From: Acidobacteriota bacterium
GTDB lineage: Bacteria > Acidobacteriota > Terriglobia > Terriglobales > Acidobacteriaceae
Direction: 5' to 3'
Length of the DNA: 64,000 bases
NCBI GenBank assembly: GCA_003224855.1
Contig: QHZY01000011.1
Location: forward strand, 2,602 to 66,601
The position numbers and the translations under genes were made by a program. The notes beneath the pieces were generated by a model. The model was not told the DNA's origin and ran no database searches. It worked only from the letters and a program-made list of their open reading frames with translations. Below are positions 19,501 to 28,577 of this stretch, piece after piece (position 1 is the first letter of the stretch; the number at the start of each line of letters is the position of its first letter).

Positions 19501-20065
19501 CCTGTTTGACCAGCGCCACCGGTTTGTATTCAGCGGCATTTATCAGACCGGAAAGCTGGCTGGCAGCAACTGGGCCAGCAGGATTTTCAGCAACTGGACG
19601 TTTGCGCCTATCTTGGCTGTCGCTTCGGGACGGCCGTTCAATGTCCTCACCGGAAGCGCCGACAATTTCCAGTTCTCGCCCAGCACCAGCCGACCCAATG
19701 TGGTGCCGGCAAATATCAACAACGGCTGTGGTGCGCCGGTGCCGTCACAGTTCTCGCCTACCGGATTTCTACAAGAGGTCTGCTTATCGCCATTTACGGC
19801 GGGCGCAACCCCCACCCTGCTTGCGCTGGATGGCAATCTCTCGCGCAATGCAGGCTTGAAGCCGTGGACTGTCTTCAACGATCTGCGGGTTTCGCGGCGA
19901 ATCTACTTTGGAGAGCGCTTCAGCACGGAACTGATGGCCGACATATTCAACGTCGCGAACCGGTTCAATGTCGCAGATGTGAATCCGTTGTTTACATCGG
20001 CGGGCCAGCCGACAGCTGCCTACGATCCTCGGCAGTTTCAGTTTGCCCTGAAGCTGGTCTGGTAA
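16517..20065 (+). CDS. TonB-dependent receptor with CarboxypepD_reg-like N-terminal domain; the N-terminus appears truncated (no signal peptide)
   Basis: CarboxypepD_reg fragment (EGEYSILALPPGRYRVEV), plug region (NGRNYIQF, ISGQRARSN, VDGADA), a long barrel, and a terminal ...FALKLVW. The frame is open from 16340 and encodes homologous sequence, but it has no ATG/GTG/TTG before 16517. Confidence 0.75.
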   Translation: MNQEGEYSILALPPGRYRVEVEAQGFARITAEGVVITVGQRAELPITLSVAGTQEVVNVTSEAELVETQRTSSTNTIEQRRIDNLPINGRNYIQFAQTDSQVLPDNAPSIGAAPTSGLNISGQRARSNLVNVDGADATDNSVNGVRSTVSQEAVQEFQIINNSYAAEYGRASGGVINIVTRSGSNSTHGSVYGYLRNRNFQAVNPFSTVSDPAYTRVQAGATLGGAIKKDKTFYYFSYEVTRRHETGFSSIGTPNGRFGMVNTDVSPVFGFPQGSGFVIQATPEQAAFINAAPPPLAQPYAILVGAASGIALNGSYPAGFGALVQAGVLPTPTNGSNPLQQFFSSCNLNPANPLASNTLCNGLPSTFLSLLPQAGNYPVFEGTSLYSLRIDHNLSNSHRLTLRANVSPSTVNGIQVNGENQTFGQNGFSRTSSQTYRDVAGMAQDTWTIGNNKVNELRFQYARRGLQYFFADAPGGSNVASNIAGFAFVGREPYSFIQRTEQRYQFSDNFSWAFGRHNSKFGVDFNYLPLTAIFTVNYGGVYNFSSLDASTFGFPAGVGVPALTGVQAFGLGIPSTLVQGVGNPRDSFDNKPLGLFWQDSFRARPNLTLNLGLRYDIEFPPKFAPPTGLALSAYNQLGLQKGIETDTNNLQPRIGIAWDPHGNGKSVLRASYGIFYDHPLLGLYFLGDASDGSKSGQLLFAGGAPCSQNAAAAGPQSLNATNIFQGILTTSSCLPGIPGYTPNQQRFDAFNASLFLNQNYLNPATFFPLAFQPFGYPQSKNFVYAYSQQANLTFEQDLGHELSLSLGYNFNGGRHLNRPINANTPRGDLLVRNWQAALTDSTSNASGGPLFVGAGAAPCGFGSGGQPWVSAALVNFFRPGGLNPAIAGALLQNPLAAPCVGLAQQILQGGGLSTACDPTTPAFTGCIPFSDMDANFSNGSSIYHGLTANLRKRFRDHFEFLASYTWSHAIDDSTDLQSPLAPQDSYFPGLERSTSLFDQRHRFVFSGIYQTGKLAGSNWASRIFSNWTFAPILAVASGRPFNVLTGSADNFQFSPSTSRPNVVPANINNGCGAPVPSQFSPTGFLQEVCLSPFTAGATPTLLALDGNLSRNAGLKPWTVFNDLRVSRRIYFGERFSTELMADIFNVANRFNVADVNPLFTSAGQPTAAYDPRQFQFALKLVW

Positions 20066-20066
20066 A

Positions 20067-20477
20067 TCAGCCCACCATGCGGCGGCGTTCGGCTTCCTGG
20101 TGAGAGATATAACGGAGGAACAGATCGCGCTGTGAAACCAGGCCCTTCAATTCTTTACCTTCCGCGATCAGGACATGACGGAAGCCGAACTCGCGCATCA
20201 TGAAAATGCAGTTCTCGATGCTTTCTGAGGGTGAGACCGTTTTCGGATTCGAGGTCATTACTTCCGTGATTTTAGTGGCGCCGGGACCGCGCCCAGTAGC
20301 CACCACCCGATTCATGATGTCACGTTCGGAAAATATTCCCACCAGTTCCCCATTGCGGGTAACCGGCAGCGCGCCGATGTTGTGTTCCATCATGAAGCGC
20401 GCGCCTTCCAGCACCGTCTTATCGGCGTCAATGGAATAAACGCGGCGGTCCTTTACCACGTCAGAAATCGTCGACAT
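20067..20477 (-). CDS. CBS domain-containing protein
   Basis: Tandem CBS pair pattern (IGALPVTRNGELVGIFSERD; RHVLIAEGKELKGLVSQRD). Confidence 0.8.
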   Translation of the reverse strand: MSTISDVVKDRRVYSIDADKTVLEGARFMMEHNIGALPVTRNGELVGIFSERDIMNRVVATGRGPGATKITEVMTSNPKTVSPSESIENCIFMMREFGFRHVLIAEGKELKGLVSQRDLFLRYISHQEAERRRMVG

Positions 20478-20587
20478 GACTTTCTCCAGGCCCGCGCAGC
20501 AAGGCCTATTCGAATGATGAGTGAATTACTCTAACACGTTGATTGCCGGGCATCCAACGAGACCACGCCCGCAACCGCGCGTGCCGG

Positions 20588-21598
20588 CTACTTGCCGGCG
20601 GCCATGTAACCTTTTTTGTAGTAGGCGTGGACCTTGCCATTGCCGGACGGAGGGGTGACGCGCACTCTGATCTTGCGCCATTTGCTGTCAGATGGCGGAG
20701 TGGAGGGCCGATAACCGATCACGTACTGGTTGCGCATTTCCCGGCTGAGGCTGGCGGCAATGCCCGGCAGTTTGCCGAGTTCGCCGGCTGCCACGGTACG
20801 GCCCCCGGTCACGTCCGTTATCTCACCCAGCCAGCGCTTTCCCATGAATTCTTCAAATGAACGGAAAACCAGGCTGTCAAAAATGCCGATCGAGTACACC
20901 TGCACATTGGACTCGGCCACCAGGCTTTTAATCTCTTTCATGCCGTAGCGGCTGTGATTATCTCCGCCATCCGAAATGATCAGCATAACCCGCCGATCGT
21001 GCTGGGCCGACCGCATCTTTGACATGGCCAGATAAACCGCATCCAGCAGCGCGGTTTGGCCTTCCGGAATATTGGCGGCCAGCTTCTCCTGAATCTCTTC
21101 AATCGATTGGCTGGCGTTGGTCAACAGTTTGGGATGATCGGCGAAGGTGACCACGAAGTAGTCGTCTTTGGGATTCGCGTTGTTGAAAAACGATTCGACC
21201 GCAGCCCGCTCGGTGACAAACTTATTGGTCATGCTTCTGCTGACATCCAGCAGCAGGCCGACTGAAATGGGAGAGTCTTCCTCGGTAAATAAAGTTATTT
21301 GCTGGGGGTCATTGTCCTCGTAGACCGAGAAATGCTGCCTGTCGAGGCCCATCACGGGGCGGTTCATGTCGTCTACGACAGTTACCGGCACCAGCACCAG
21401 ATCGACTCCGACATGCAGCGCGGGCAAGTGGCGCAATGCCGGATCATGTTCCACCGCGCCCGAAGGACTATTAAGCCTGGCTTGCTGGGTGGGGGTGCTG
21501 GCGGTCTGGCAATTCAGGACAGAGCTCAACGATTGCGCAACCAGCAGTATCGCGGAGAGCAGATGAGTTCGGCGGTCCAACCGAAAATTGAAGAGCAT
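20588..21598 (-). CDS. VWA domain-containing secreted protein (resembles the acidobacterial VWFA-related family, TIGR03436)
   Basis: Signal-like N-terminus from ATG 21598 (MLFNFRLDRRTHLLSAILLVAQSL). The MIDAS-type motif LLLDVSRSM is present, and the C-terminal domain ends YYKKGY. Confidence 0.75.
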   Translation of the reverse strand: MLFNFRLDRRTHLLSAILLVAQSLSSVLNCQTASTPTQQARLNSPSGAVEHDPALRHLPALHVGVDLVLVPVTVVDDMNRPVMGLDRQHFSVYEDNDPQQITLFTEEDSPISVGLLLDVSRSMTNKFVTERAAVESFFNNANPKDDYFVVTFADHPKLLTNASQSIEEIQEKLAANIPEGQTALLDAVYLAMSKMRSAQHDRRVMLIISDGGDNHSRYGMKEIKSLVAESNVQVYSIGIFDSLVFRSFEEFMGKRWLGEITDVTGGRTVAAGELGKLPGIAASLSREMRNQYVIGYRPSTPPSDSKWRKIRVRVTPPSGNGKVHAYYKKGYMAAGK

Positions 21599-21685
21599 GC
21601 AAAGGACCCCAGCGCGGCGTGCGCGGATAGTAGCACAACGGTACTTGGTTGAAAGATAAAAATTTAGAGGAGAAAAAGTTTGCAG

Positions 21686-21721
21686 ATAAAAAGAACGGGC
21701 GACCACTTGAGGTGATCGCCC
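21686..21721 (-). terminator. intrinsic terminator downstream of the outer-membrane protein gene
   Basis: On the minus strand: GGGCGATCAC-CTCAA-GTGGTCGCCC followed by GTTCTTTTTATC. This is a 10-bp stem with one mismatch plus a T-run, about 23 nt after the stop at 21744. Confidence 0.6.
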
Positions 21722-21743
21722 GCGCAGATAATCTTATTTTCAG

Positions 21744-22325
21744 TTAAAAGCGGAAGTGTGGCCCGAACGTCATGCGCAGGTTATTCTGCGCGCCATTCAA
21801 AAAGTAAATCTGGTCGCCAACGTCGAACCTCAACCCAAACGGGCCCCAAAATCCTTCCAGTCCTACGCCTGGGTACAGAGCGAAGCGGGTATCGCCATCC
21901 GTGATCCCGTTGACCGCTCCCACAAATCCTATGCAGTCTCTGCAGGTATTGCTGAAGTGCACAAAACCCGCCTTGCCGGTCGCGAAAGCGTCAAAATGTC
22001 CCTTACTGAATTGGAACTTAGGTCCGAACAGGCCTGTGAGCGGACGCAGCCGGGTGGTTGCGAAACTGGTAGTCAAGCCGTTGTTGGTGGTGAAGCTGTT
22101 GTTCCGTGCGAAGTCGTAGGCCATCTCGGCTTCGATACTGGTGTACGGATTCACATAAACGCCGATGCGACCACCGACACCTACGAAATTCGTCACATTG
22201 TTTTGATCCAGCCGGAAGTAATCGGCGAAGGGCCCGAACTCGACATGATTCTCGGTCTGGGCGAAAACCATTCCTGGTATTACGACCAAGATAGCCAGTA
22301 CAGCAAGTAAAGTAACTCGTTTCAT
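21744..22325 (-). CDS. outer-membrane beta-barrel protein (OmpW/OmpA-barrel-like)
   Basis: Signal peptide MKRVTLLAVLAILVVIPGMVFAQ, alternating amphipathic strands, and a terminal aromatic ...GPHFRF. Confidence 0.75.
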   Translation of the reverse strand: MKRVTLLAVLAILVVIPGMVFAQTENHVEFGPFADYFRLDQNNVTNFVGVGGRIGVYVNPYTSIEAEMAYDFARNNSFTTNNGLTTSFATTRLRPLTGLFGPKFQFSKGHFDAFATGKAGFVHFSNTCRDCIGFVGAVNGITDGDTRFALYPGVGLEGFWGPFGLRFDVGDQIYFLNGAQNNLRMTFGPHFRF

Positions 22326-22761
22326 ATATTCCCGTCTCCTGAGGGTTAGGCACGCGTCTCGAACACGTGATTTGGATGCGTGCGCGGGAGTGTGGGTTGG
22401 GCGCGGAACTTAGCAGCAAGCTGTTGTAGACAAAGAAGTTGCACTGTTGGCGATGGTTAGCAGCAGTGCACTGTCTCAGCCATGGCGCTGGACCTTGGGA
22501 TGCTTGAGCACAAGTGCTGTGGTCCTTAAATTGTCGCTGGTCGTTCAGGTTCGTGGCTACTACCTCGATCAACCAGAGTTGACTCATTGTTTTCTGACCT
22601 TTACGCTGCATTAAGGTACGCAAGTCACCTGCCCCGTACGCAGCCACCGATGAGCGCGCTTCCGATGTAATTGCGATCAATGGCTATAAGGTGTCGACGG
22701 TGCGCAAGTGCAACGAAATTAGAGTTATGCCGCATCTCACTAGTGCGGCCGGAAAGGCGAC

Positions 22762-23361
22762 TTGACCGGCGCAATAAAATCGCAAAGCGGCAGACTTACC
22801 GAAGCAGAAGCAATCGAGCGGGCGAAACAGGGCGACGGCGAGGCGTTTGAGGTACTTTATAACCTGCACAAACGGCGCGTGTATTCGCTGTGTCTGCGGA
22901 TGACAGCCAATACAGCCCAGGCGGAAGACCTGACCCAGGAAGCGTTCCTGCAGTTGTTTCGGAAGATAGGAACGTTTCGGGGAGAATCGGCTTTCTCGAC
23001 CTGGCTGCACCGCATGGCGGTCAACGTCGTGCTTATGCATCTCCGGAAGAAGGGCCTTCCGGTAGTGCCGCTCGAAGATACGATGGAGACGGACGAGGAC
23101 ACGACCAAGAAGGAACCCGGCGCGCAGGATGCTTCATTGGCAGGTGCGGTAGACAGGCTGGAGCTGCAACGAGCGGTGGAAGCATTACCGCCGGGCTACC
23201 GATCAATTTTTGTGCTTCACGATGTAGAAGGTTTCGAGCACAATGAAATCGCCGAGATGGTGGGGTGTTCCATCGGAAACAGCAAGTCGCAACTGCACAA
23301 GGCAAGATTAAAGCTGCGCGACGCACTCAAGAAACATAGAGCCGAAAAGGCCAAAAGATAG
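22762..23361 (+). CDS. ECF-type RNA polymerase sigma factor (sigma-70 family, group 4)
   Basis: Region 2 ([35 protein letters not shown]) and region 4 ([25 protein letters not shown]). TTG start is forced by the in-frame TAG at 22741. Confidence 0.85.
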   Translation: MTGAIKSQSGRLTEAEAIERAKQGDGEAFEVLYNLHKRRVYSLCLRMTANTAQAEDLTQEAFLQLFRKIGTFRGESAFSTWLHRMAVNVVLMHLRKKGLPVVPLEDTMETDEDTTKKEPGAQDASLAGAVDRLELQRAVEALPPGYRSIFVLHDVEGFEHNEIAEMVGCSIGNSKSQLHKARLKLRDALKKHRAEKAKR

Positions 23362-23399
23362 CAAAACGTAAGAGGCTGACTATCGGGGAGAGAGGAAGT

Positions 23400-24053
23400 A
23401 TGAATTGCGCAGAGTTTCAGAAAGCGCTGCCGGAGTTTGCGGAACCACAGCGTGACACTGCGTTGCAGGCACATCTTCGTTCATGCTCGGATTGCTCGCT
23501 GCTGGTTTCTGACCTCGACAGCATCGTAGCTGCCGCTCCGTCACTGGCAGCATCGGAAGATCCTAACCCTCAGATCTGGCTGCAACTGGAAGCTGCCTTA
23601 AAAAATGAGGGGTTGATACGCCAGCCTGCGGCACCGCTGCTGGTGCCACCACCGCAGGAAGGCCGCGGGTGGCGCCTTTCGTGGGCATTGCCGGTCGCGG
23701 CTGCTGTCGCTTTGACAATCGGACTGTTGGTTTACCGGCCTTCTACACACCAAAACCTCCAAAGTACCGGAAAGACGGCCGTGACAGAGCCTGCTGCAGC
23801 CGTGCAGACTGCCGCGGCTACCAATGCCGGTATTAATGAAGACCAGGATTTGCTCGAAGTGGTCGGCACGCAGTCGCCCACTATGCGCGCAGAGTACGCG
23901 GCGAACCTAAAGGATGTGAACGCCTATATCCGCGATGCGGAAGACGCAGCTAAAGCCAATCCGGACGACGAACAGGCACAGGAATCGGTAATGAACGCGT
24001 ACGAGCAGCGCTCGATGCTCTACGAAATGGCCATGGATCGCTCTTTGCCATAA
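23400..24053 (+). CDS. anti-sigma factor, zf-HC2 type, single-pass membrane protein
   Basis: N-terminal C-x(24)-H-x3-C-x2-C pattern (MNCAEF...HLRSCSDCS) and a central TM (WALPVAAAVALTIGLLVY). It sits immediately downstream of the ECF sigma gene. Confidence 0.7.
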   Translation: MNCAEFQKALPEFAEPQRDTALQAHLRSCSDCSLLVSDLDSIVAAAPSLAASEDPNPQIWLQLEAALKNEGLIRQPAAPLLVPPPQEGRGWRLSWALPVAAAVALTIGLLVYRPSTHQNLQSTGKTAVTEPAAAVQTAAATNAGINEDQDLLEVVGTQSPTMRAEYAANLKDVNAYIRDAEDAAKANPDDEQAQESVMNAYEQRSMLYEMAMDRSLP

Positions 24054-24079
24054 TGTTGCGAATAGAGGAGAAGTTAACC

Positions 24080-24922
24080 ATGCGAAGAGTGCGGCGCAGC
24101 ATACACGCGGTAATCCTGTTGGCCTTGGTCAGCGCCCTGGCGCATGGCGAAACCCGCAAAGAGTTTCGTTACACAGTGGGTCACGTCACCTTGTCGGTGA
24201 TCAACCAATATGGCCCGATCGTGGTGAAGCCCGCTCCCGGGAATCAGATTATTGTGGTTGCTGTTCTGCACTCAGACAAGGTTGAAATCGACCAGGCGCA
24301 AAACCGAAACCGAGTGGATATTCATTCTCATCTTTTGCCGGGGGCGACCGCCGACTCAGGCCAGGTTGACTATGACATTCAGATTCCCGCCGGTGTGAGC
24401 GTCGTCCTTCGTTCTGCGAATGGCAGATTGCGAGCCGAAGGTTTGCGTGGTGATGTGACCCTTGAAAGCCCGAATGCGGCCATTGAAGTCGCGGACATAA
24501 ATCATTCTCATGTGCGCGTCAAAACCATGACCGGTCCCGTCCGGCTGCTTAATATTCGAGACGCACACGTAGAAGTCACGTCAGTCAGCGGAGATGTCGT
24601 ACTGAATGCAGTCAATGGCCCTCAGGTCCGGGTTAACGAGAGCAGCGGTCATATCAACTATGACGGAGACTTCGGCTACGGCGGCGAGTACCGGTTCTCT
24701 TCCAACTCCGGTGATATTGAAGCCAGCGCGCCCGAATCGGCTTCTATGGAAGTAGAAGCGCATTCTGAAAAGGGCCGGGTGGTAAACGACTTCCAGCTGG
24801 AACCCAAACACACTTCCTTCGTGGTGAAAGCAGGGAGTGCCTTCGCAGGCACCATGAATAAGGCCGCCTCCTCAGTAAGACTGTTCTCCATCAGTGGTAA
24901 AATCCACCTCAAGAAACGCTGA
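24080..24922 (+). CDS. DUF4097-like (putative adhesin / beta-helix repeat) secreted protein
   Basis: Signal peptide MRRVRRSIHAVILLALVSALAHG and repeated ..G.V.L.....G.I.. strands (SANGRLRAEGLRGDVTLESPNAAIEV...). Third gene of the sigma/anti-sigma operon. An alternative ATG at 24053 overlaps the anti-sigma stop. Confidence 0.6.
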   Translation: MRRVRRSIHAVILLALVSALAHGETRKEFRYTVGHVTLSVINQYGPIVVKPAPGNQIIVVAVLHSDKVEIDQAQNRNRVDIHSHLLPGATADSGQVDYDIQIPAGVSVVLRSANGRLRAEGLRGDVTLESPNAAIEVADINHSHVRVKTMTGPVRLLNIRDAHVEVTSVSGDVVLNAVNGPQVRVNESSGHINYDGDFGYGGEYRFSSNSGDIEASAPESASMEVEAHSEKGRVVNDFQLEPKHTSFVVKAGSAFAGTMNKAASSVRLFSISGKIHLKKR

Positions 24923-24973
24923 AAAAACGCTGTAAACCTGCTCGGGCGCAGACAATCGTCCAGTTTGCAAGGC

Positions 24974-25534
24974 ATGGAAACCAGGTCTGGGAAAACGTCT
25001 CGTCTTGGTGTGCCGGCCGGCATCAAGGCAGTATTCCTGGTGGGTTTTATGGGCGCGGGTAAGACCAGCGTAGGCAAGGTCCTGGCGGAGATGTTGGGCT
25101 GGGAATTTGAAGATCTGGATCGACGGATTGAAGGCCGGCAGAATCAGTCCGTAGGCCAGATTTTCGCTGCGGCGGGTGAGGCCGGGTTTCGCGCTGCCGA
25201 AACGGAAGCCCTGAAGAGCGCGCTCCTGGAACTGCCTGCCGAAGGGAAGGTAATGGCCCTGGGTGGCGGGGCATTCAACTCTCCGGAGAACGCGGCCATG
25301 CTGGGTGAGGTTGGCCTGATTACGATCTTGTTGCAGGCTCCGATAGAAGAGTTGTACCGCAGGTGTGAGGAACAAACCCTCGAGCGGCCGTTACGGCGGA
25401 GTTTTGAAGAATTCTGCAAACTGCATGAGCAGCGGATTCCGGCTTACCGGCGCGCGACGTTCGCGGTTGAAACTTTGGGGAAGCCAGTGCAGGAAGTTGC
25501 GAACGAAATCATACGTCTTCTGGGCCGCAGTTGA
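24974..25534 (+). CDS. aroK: shikimate kinase
   Basis: P-loop LVGFMGAGKTSVG followed by EDLD and GGGA motifs. Confidence 0.85.
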   Translation: METRSGKTSRLGVPAGIKAVFLVGFMGAGKTSVGKVLAEMLGWEFEDLDRRIEGRQNQSVGQIFAAAGEAGFRAAETEALKSALLELPAEGKVMALGGGAFNSPENAAMLGEVGLITILLQAPIEELYRRCEEQTLERPLRRSFEEFCKLHEQRIPAYRRATFAVETLGKPVQEVANEIIRLLGRS

Positions 25535-25543
25535 GGAGAATCT

Positions 25544-26266
25544 GTGAAACTCAGCACCGTTAGCGCAGCGATTTTGCTGGTTCTCGCGTCCGCGATTTCC
25601 GGTCAATCGAAAGATACATCGGGGTCGGTCCTCGATAGTGGCAGCTTCGGAATTTTTGTCAATGGGAAACGGGTGGCCACCGAGTCGTTCTCGGTACAGC
25701 AGCAATCCTCGGGCGTCAGCATTGCCAGCTCGCAGCTAAAGGAAGATGGTACCGGCGGCGCGGGGCAGACAGCGGAGTTGCAGATCATGTCCAATGGGAC
25801 CATCGTGAAATACGAATGGCGAGAGTTGAGTCCCGGGAAGACACAGCTGACGGTTTTACCCAACAATGAATTCCTGATCGAAAAGATTATCCAGAACCCC
25901 GGCGAGAAGGCCGCCGAGCAACCCTTTCTAATGCCTAATACCTCTGTGGTGTTGGACAATAATTTTTTCCTGCATCGTGAGCTGCTGGCCTGGCGATATT
26001 TCGCCTCAAGTTGTCAGACCAACCTGGGAAAGTGCACGCCAGCGGAGTTCGGGGCCATTGTTCCGCAGGAGAGAGTTTCGGTGCGGGTTGCGGTCCAGGC
26101 AGTAGGCGAGGAGAAGCTGAATATACGCGGCAACCAAAGGACGCTGGTCAGACTGAATGTCAAAAGCGACCAGGATGAGTGGGCGCTATGGGTGGATGCT
26201 ACCGATCATTACAAGCTGATGAGGGTTATCAAGGCGGGAGACGCCACTGAAGTTTTGCGGGATTGA
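25544..26266 (+). CDS. hypothetical secreted protein
   Basis: GTG start 9 nt after aroK and a signal peptide (MKLSTVSAAILLVLASAISGQS). No family recognised. Confidence 0.55.
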   Translation: MKLSTVSAAILLVLASAISGQSKDTSGSVLDSGSFGIFVNGKRVATESFSVQQQSSGVSIASSQLKEDGTGGAGQTAELQIMSNGTIVKYEWRELSPGKTQLTVLPNNEFLIEKIIQNPGEKAAEQPFLMPNTSVVLDNNFFLHRELLAWRYFASSCQTNLGKCTPAEFGAIVPQERVSVRVAVQAVGEEKLNIRGNQRTLVRLNVKSDQDEWALWVDATDHYKLMRVIKAGDATEVLRD

Positions 26267-26289
26267 GCAGCCGGCTGCGCTGCTGAAAA

Positions 26290-27378
26290 ATGTCTCTGAT
26301 TGACACACGAACGGTGAGAGTGCTGGTTACGGCGCTGCTGTTCGCCCTGGCGCTGGCTTTTCTTTATATCGCGCGTCGCACCCTGATTGCATTCCTGTTC
26401 GCCGTCTTTTTCGCTTACCTCATCGATCCTGCAGTATCGAAACTGGAAGTCTGGGTGAAGCGGCGTACTCGCGCCATCGGAATCATTTACCTCCTGCTGC
26501 TGGGAGCGCTGTTTACCTTCTTTCTATTTGTCGGCCCTTCGATCGGACGCCAGGCACAGCACCTGGGCGAGGCAGTGCCATCGTTAACTTCGGCAGATTC
26601 TTTCCAGCAGATCGCGGACAAAATCGGCCGCCAGCACGGGCTGAGCGCAGCCACCATCGATCGACTAAAAGATTATCTGGGCAATCACAAGCAGGAAATC
26701 AGCGGCATGGCCCAGCGTGCAGGCGTGAAGCTGGCAGAAGTGGCACAGCAGTCCTGGTTGCTGGTTGTGGTCCCGATTCTGGCTGCTTTCTTTTTGAAAG
26801 ATGGGCGGATCTTCAGCGATATGTTGCTCTCATTTACTGCAACCAGGCCGCAGCGCGAGTTCATGGAGGGCGTGTTCAGCGATCTGAATCAGATGCTGGC
26901 ACATTTCATTCGCGCCCAGCTGACGCTGGCCGCACTGACACTGATGGTATACACCGCATTCCTTGCGTCAATGCGAGTGCCTTATGCAATGGTTCTAGGC
27001 ACCGCCGGTGGCCTGATGGAGTTTATCCCTGTAGTCGGACCTTTGATGGCAGGTGTTCTGATCGTGGGTGTGGCCTTGTTGATGGGTTATTCCCACTGGC
27101 TGATTCTTATCATTTTTCTGATTGGCTGGCGCCTGGCACAGGACTACGTTATTTCTCCGCGCATTATGGGAACAAGCGTGGAACTCCATCCCCTGGCCGC
27201 AATCTTCGGGGTGCTCGCGGGCGGCGAAATCGCGGGCGTGCTCGGCATATATCTTTCCATCCCCGTCATGGCCACCTTACGGATCTTGTGGAAGCGCTGG
27301 CAGGTCTATGCGGAGAAGCGCCGCTTTGGGCCGCTCAACGATTACACCTTTGCCACTGACCTGACGCTCAAGAAATAG
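26290..27378 (+). CDS. AI-2E family (PerM-like) transporter, second copy
   Basis: Multi-TM protein with the same overall layout as 12366-13445 (…EFIPVVGPLMAG…, …LSIPVMATLRIL…). Confidence 0.8.
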   Translation: MSLIDTRTVRVLVTALLFALALAFLYIARRTLIAFLFAVFFAYLIDPAVSKLEVWVKRRTRAIGIIYLLLLGALFTFFLFVGPSIGRQAQHLGEAVPSLTSADSFQQIADKIGRQHGLSAATIDRLKDYLGNHKQEISGMAQRAGVKLAEVAQQSWLLVVVPILAAFFLKDGRIFSDMLLSFTATRPQREFMEGVFSDLNQMLAHFIRAQLTLAALTLMVYTAFLASMRVPYAMVLGTAGGLMEFIPVVGPLMAGVLIVGVALLMGYSHWLILIIFLIGWRLAQDYVISPRIMGTSVELHPLAAIFGVLAGGEIAGVLGIYLSIPVMATLRILWKRWQVYAEKRRFGPLNDYTFATDLTLKK

Positions 27379-27472
27379 CTTTTCATCCCCTGTACCGGAT
27401 TGGTTGCCGTGGTTCGCGTGGTGCGCGGAGCCGGCCTTAGCGTGGCCCTGTTGTAAAATTCACCAAATCCCT

Positions 27473-28525
27473 ATGTCAGCCAAAATACCGGTTGGAATTC
27501 TTGGCGCCACCGGCATCGTTGGGCAGCGTTTTGTCCAGATGCTGGAACACCATCCGTGGTTTGAAGTGGCATGGCTGGCCGCATCGGACCGCTCGGAAGG
27601 CCGCAGCTATGAAGAAGCAGCGCGCTGGAAACTGCCAACCGAAATCCCCACCGATGTGGCTCGCATGCAGGTCTCGTCGGCGCGCCCGGATGGCGCTCCC
27701 AGGCTGATTTTTGCAGCCTTGGATGCCTCGATCGCCGCGGAGCTCGAGCCTCGGTTCGCGGAAGCGGGCTGCGCGGTAGTTTCAAATTCAAGCGCTTTGC
27801 GAATGCATCCTGACGTGCCACTTGTGATTCCTGAAGTAAATGCAGACCACATCCAGCTGATTGACAATCAAACCTGGCGTAAAAAGTCGGGCGGCTTCGT
27901 AGTCACCAATCCGAACTGTTCCGCGATCGGCTTGGTGATGGCACTTGCGCCGCTCGAGCATAAATTTGGACTTGAAACGGTAATGGCAGTGACTATGCAG
28001 GCCATAAGCGGCGCTGGGTATCCGGGCGTTGCTTCGCTTGATATTTTGGGTAATGTCATCCCTTACATTCCCAAAGAAGAAGAAAAAATGGAGGAGGAGA
28101 CTCGCAAACTTCTTGGCCACAGGAATGGGAACGGTATCCGGCCGGCGACTTTCGGAATGAGCGCGCAGTGCAACCGAGTTGCGGTCGAGGACGGACACAC
28201 CGAGTCAGTCTCGATAAAACTAAAATCCAGGGCCACAGCCGAACAGATCATCGCAGCATGGCAGGAATTCCGGAGCGAACCGCAACAGCTGAAGCTGCCG
28301 AACGCACCGCCACAGCCGGTGCGTTATTTGAGCGCTCCTGATCGCCCCCAGCCAAGGCTCGATGCGGATAGCGGCGCCGGCATGACGGCATGCGTGGGCC
28401 GGTTGCGTCCTTGTGGCGTTCTCGACTGGAAATTCACTGCTCTCTCGCATAACACCATTCGCGGAGCCGCTGGGGCCGCGGTGCTGAATGCTGAACTGCT
28501 TAAAGTGCGGGGATATCTCTCCTGA
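27473..28525 (+). CDS. asd: aspartate-semialdehyde dehydrogenase
   Basis: MSAKIPVGILGATGIVGQRF NAD(P)-binding N-terminus and the active-site region NPNCSAIG. The upstream ORF extension from 27404 is not protein-like. Confidence 0.9.
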   Translation: MSAKIPVGILGATGIVGQRFVQMLEHHPWFEVAWLAASDRSEGRSYEEAARWKLPTEIPTDVARMQVSSARPDGAPRLIFAALDASIAAELEPRFAEAGCAVVSNSSALRMHPDVPLVIPEVNADHIQLIDNQTWRKKSGGFVVTNPNCSAIGLVMALAPLEHKFGLETVMAVTMQAISGAGYPGVASLDILGNVIPYIPKEEEKMEEETRKLLGHRNGNGIRPATFGMSAQCNRVAVEDGHTESVSIKLKSRATAEQIIAAWQEFRSEPQQLKLPNAPPQPVRYLSAPDRPQPRLDADSGAGMTACVGRLRPCGVLDWKFTALSHNTIRGAAGAAVLNAELLKVRGYLS

Positions 28526-28577
28526 TCAGCACCGTCGCTCAATCGTCCGATAGCTATCTCCTGGGGAACGTGCGCCG

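Noticed and set aside
21599-21706. N-terminal extension of the VWA protein ORF
   Set aside because: The internal ATG at 21598 gives a plausible signal peptide. The extension overlaps the upstream terminator region and is not hydrophobic or signal-like.
22018-22680. 220-aa minus-strand ORF spanning the OMP gene 5' end and the long intergenic region
   Set aside because: It is out of frame with the signal-peptide-bearing OMP gene and its composition is not protein-like. No ribosome-binding site or motif supports it.
26267-26278. 12-bp perfect palindrome GCAGCCGGCTGC just after the 25544-26266 stop
   Set aside because: It has no loop and no following T-run, so it cannot be called a terminator. 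Short GC palindromes are expected by chance in this composition.
26884-26900. TGGCAC-containing sigma-54-like strings inside coding regions (also near 834, 4861, 27128, 43800, 44770, 48440, 52790)
   Set aside because: All lie within CDSs and lack the TTGC -12 element at the correct spacing.
27404-27472. N-terminal extension of asd (MPWFAWCAEPALAWPCC...)
   Set aside because: Asd proteins start right at the GxxGxxG fold (MSAKIPVGILGATG). The extension is Trp/Cys-rich and unlikely to be translated.
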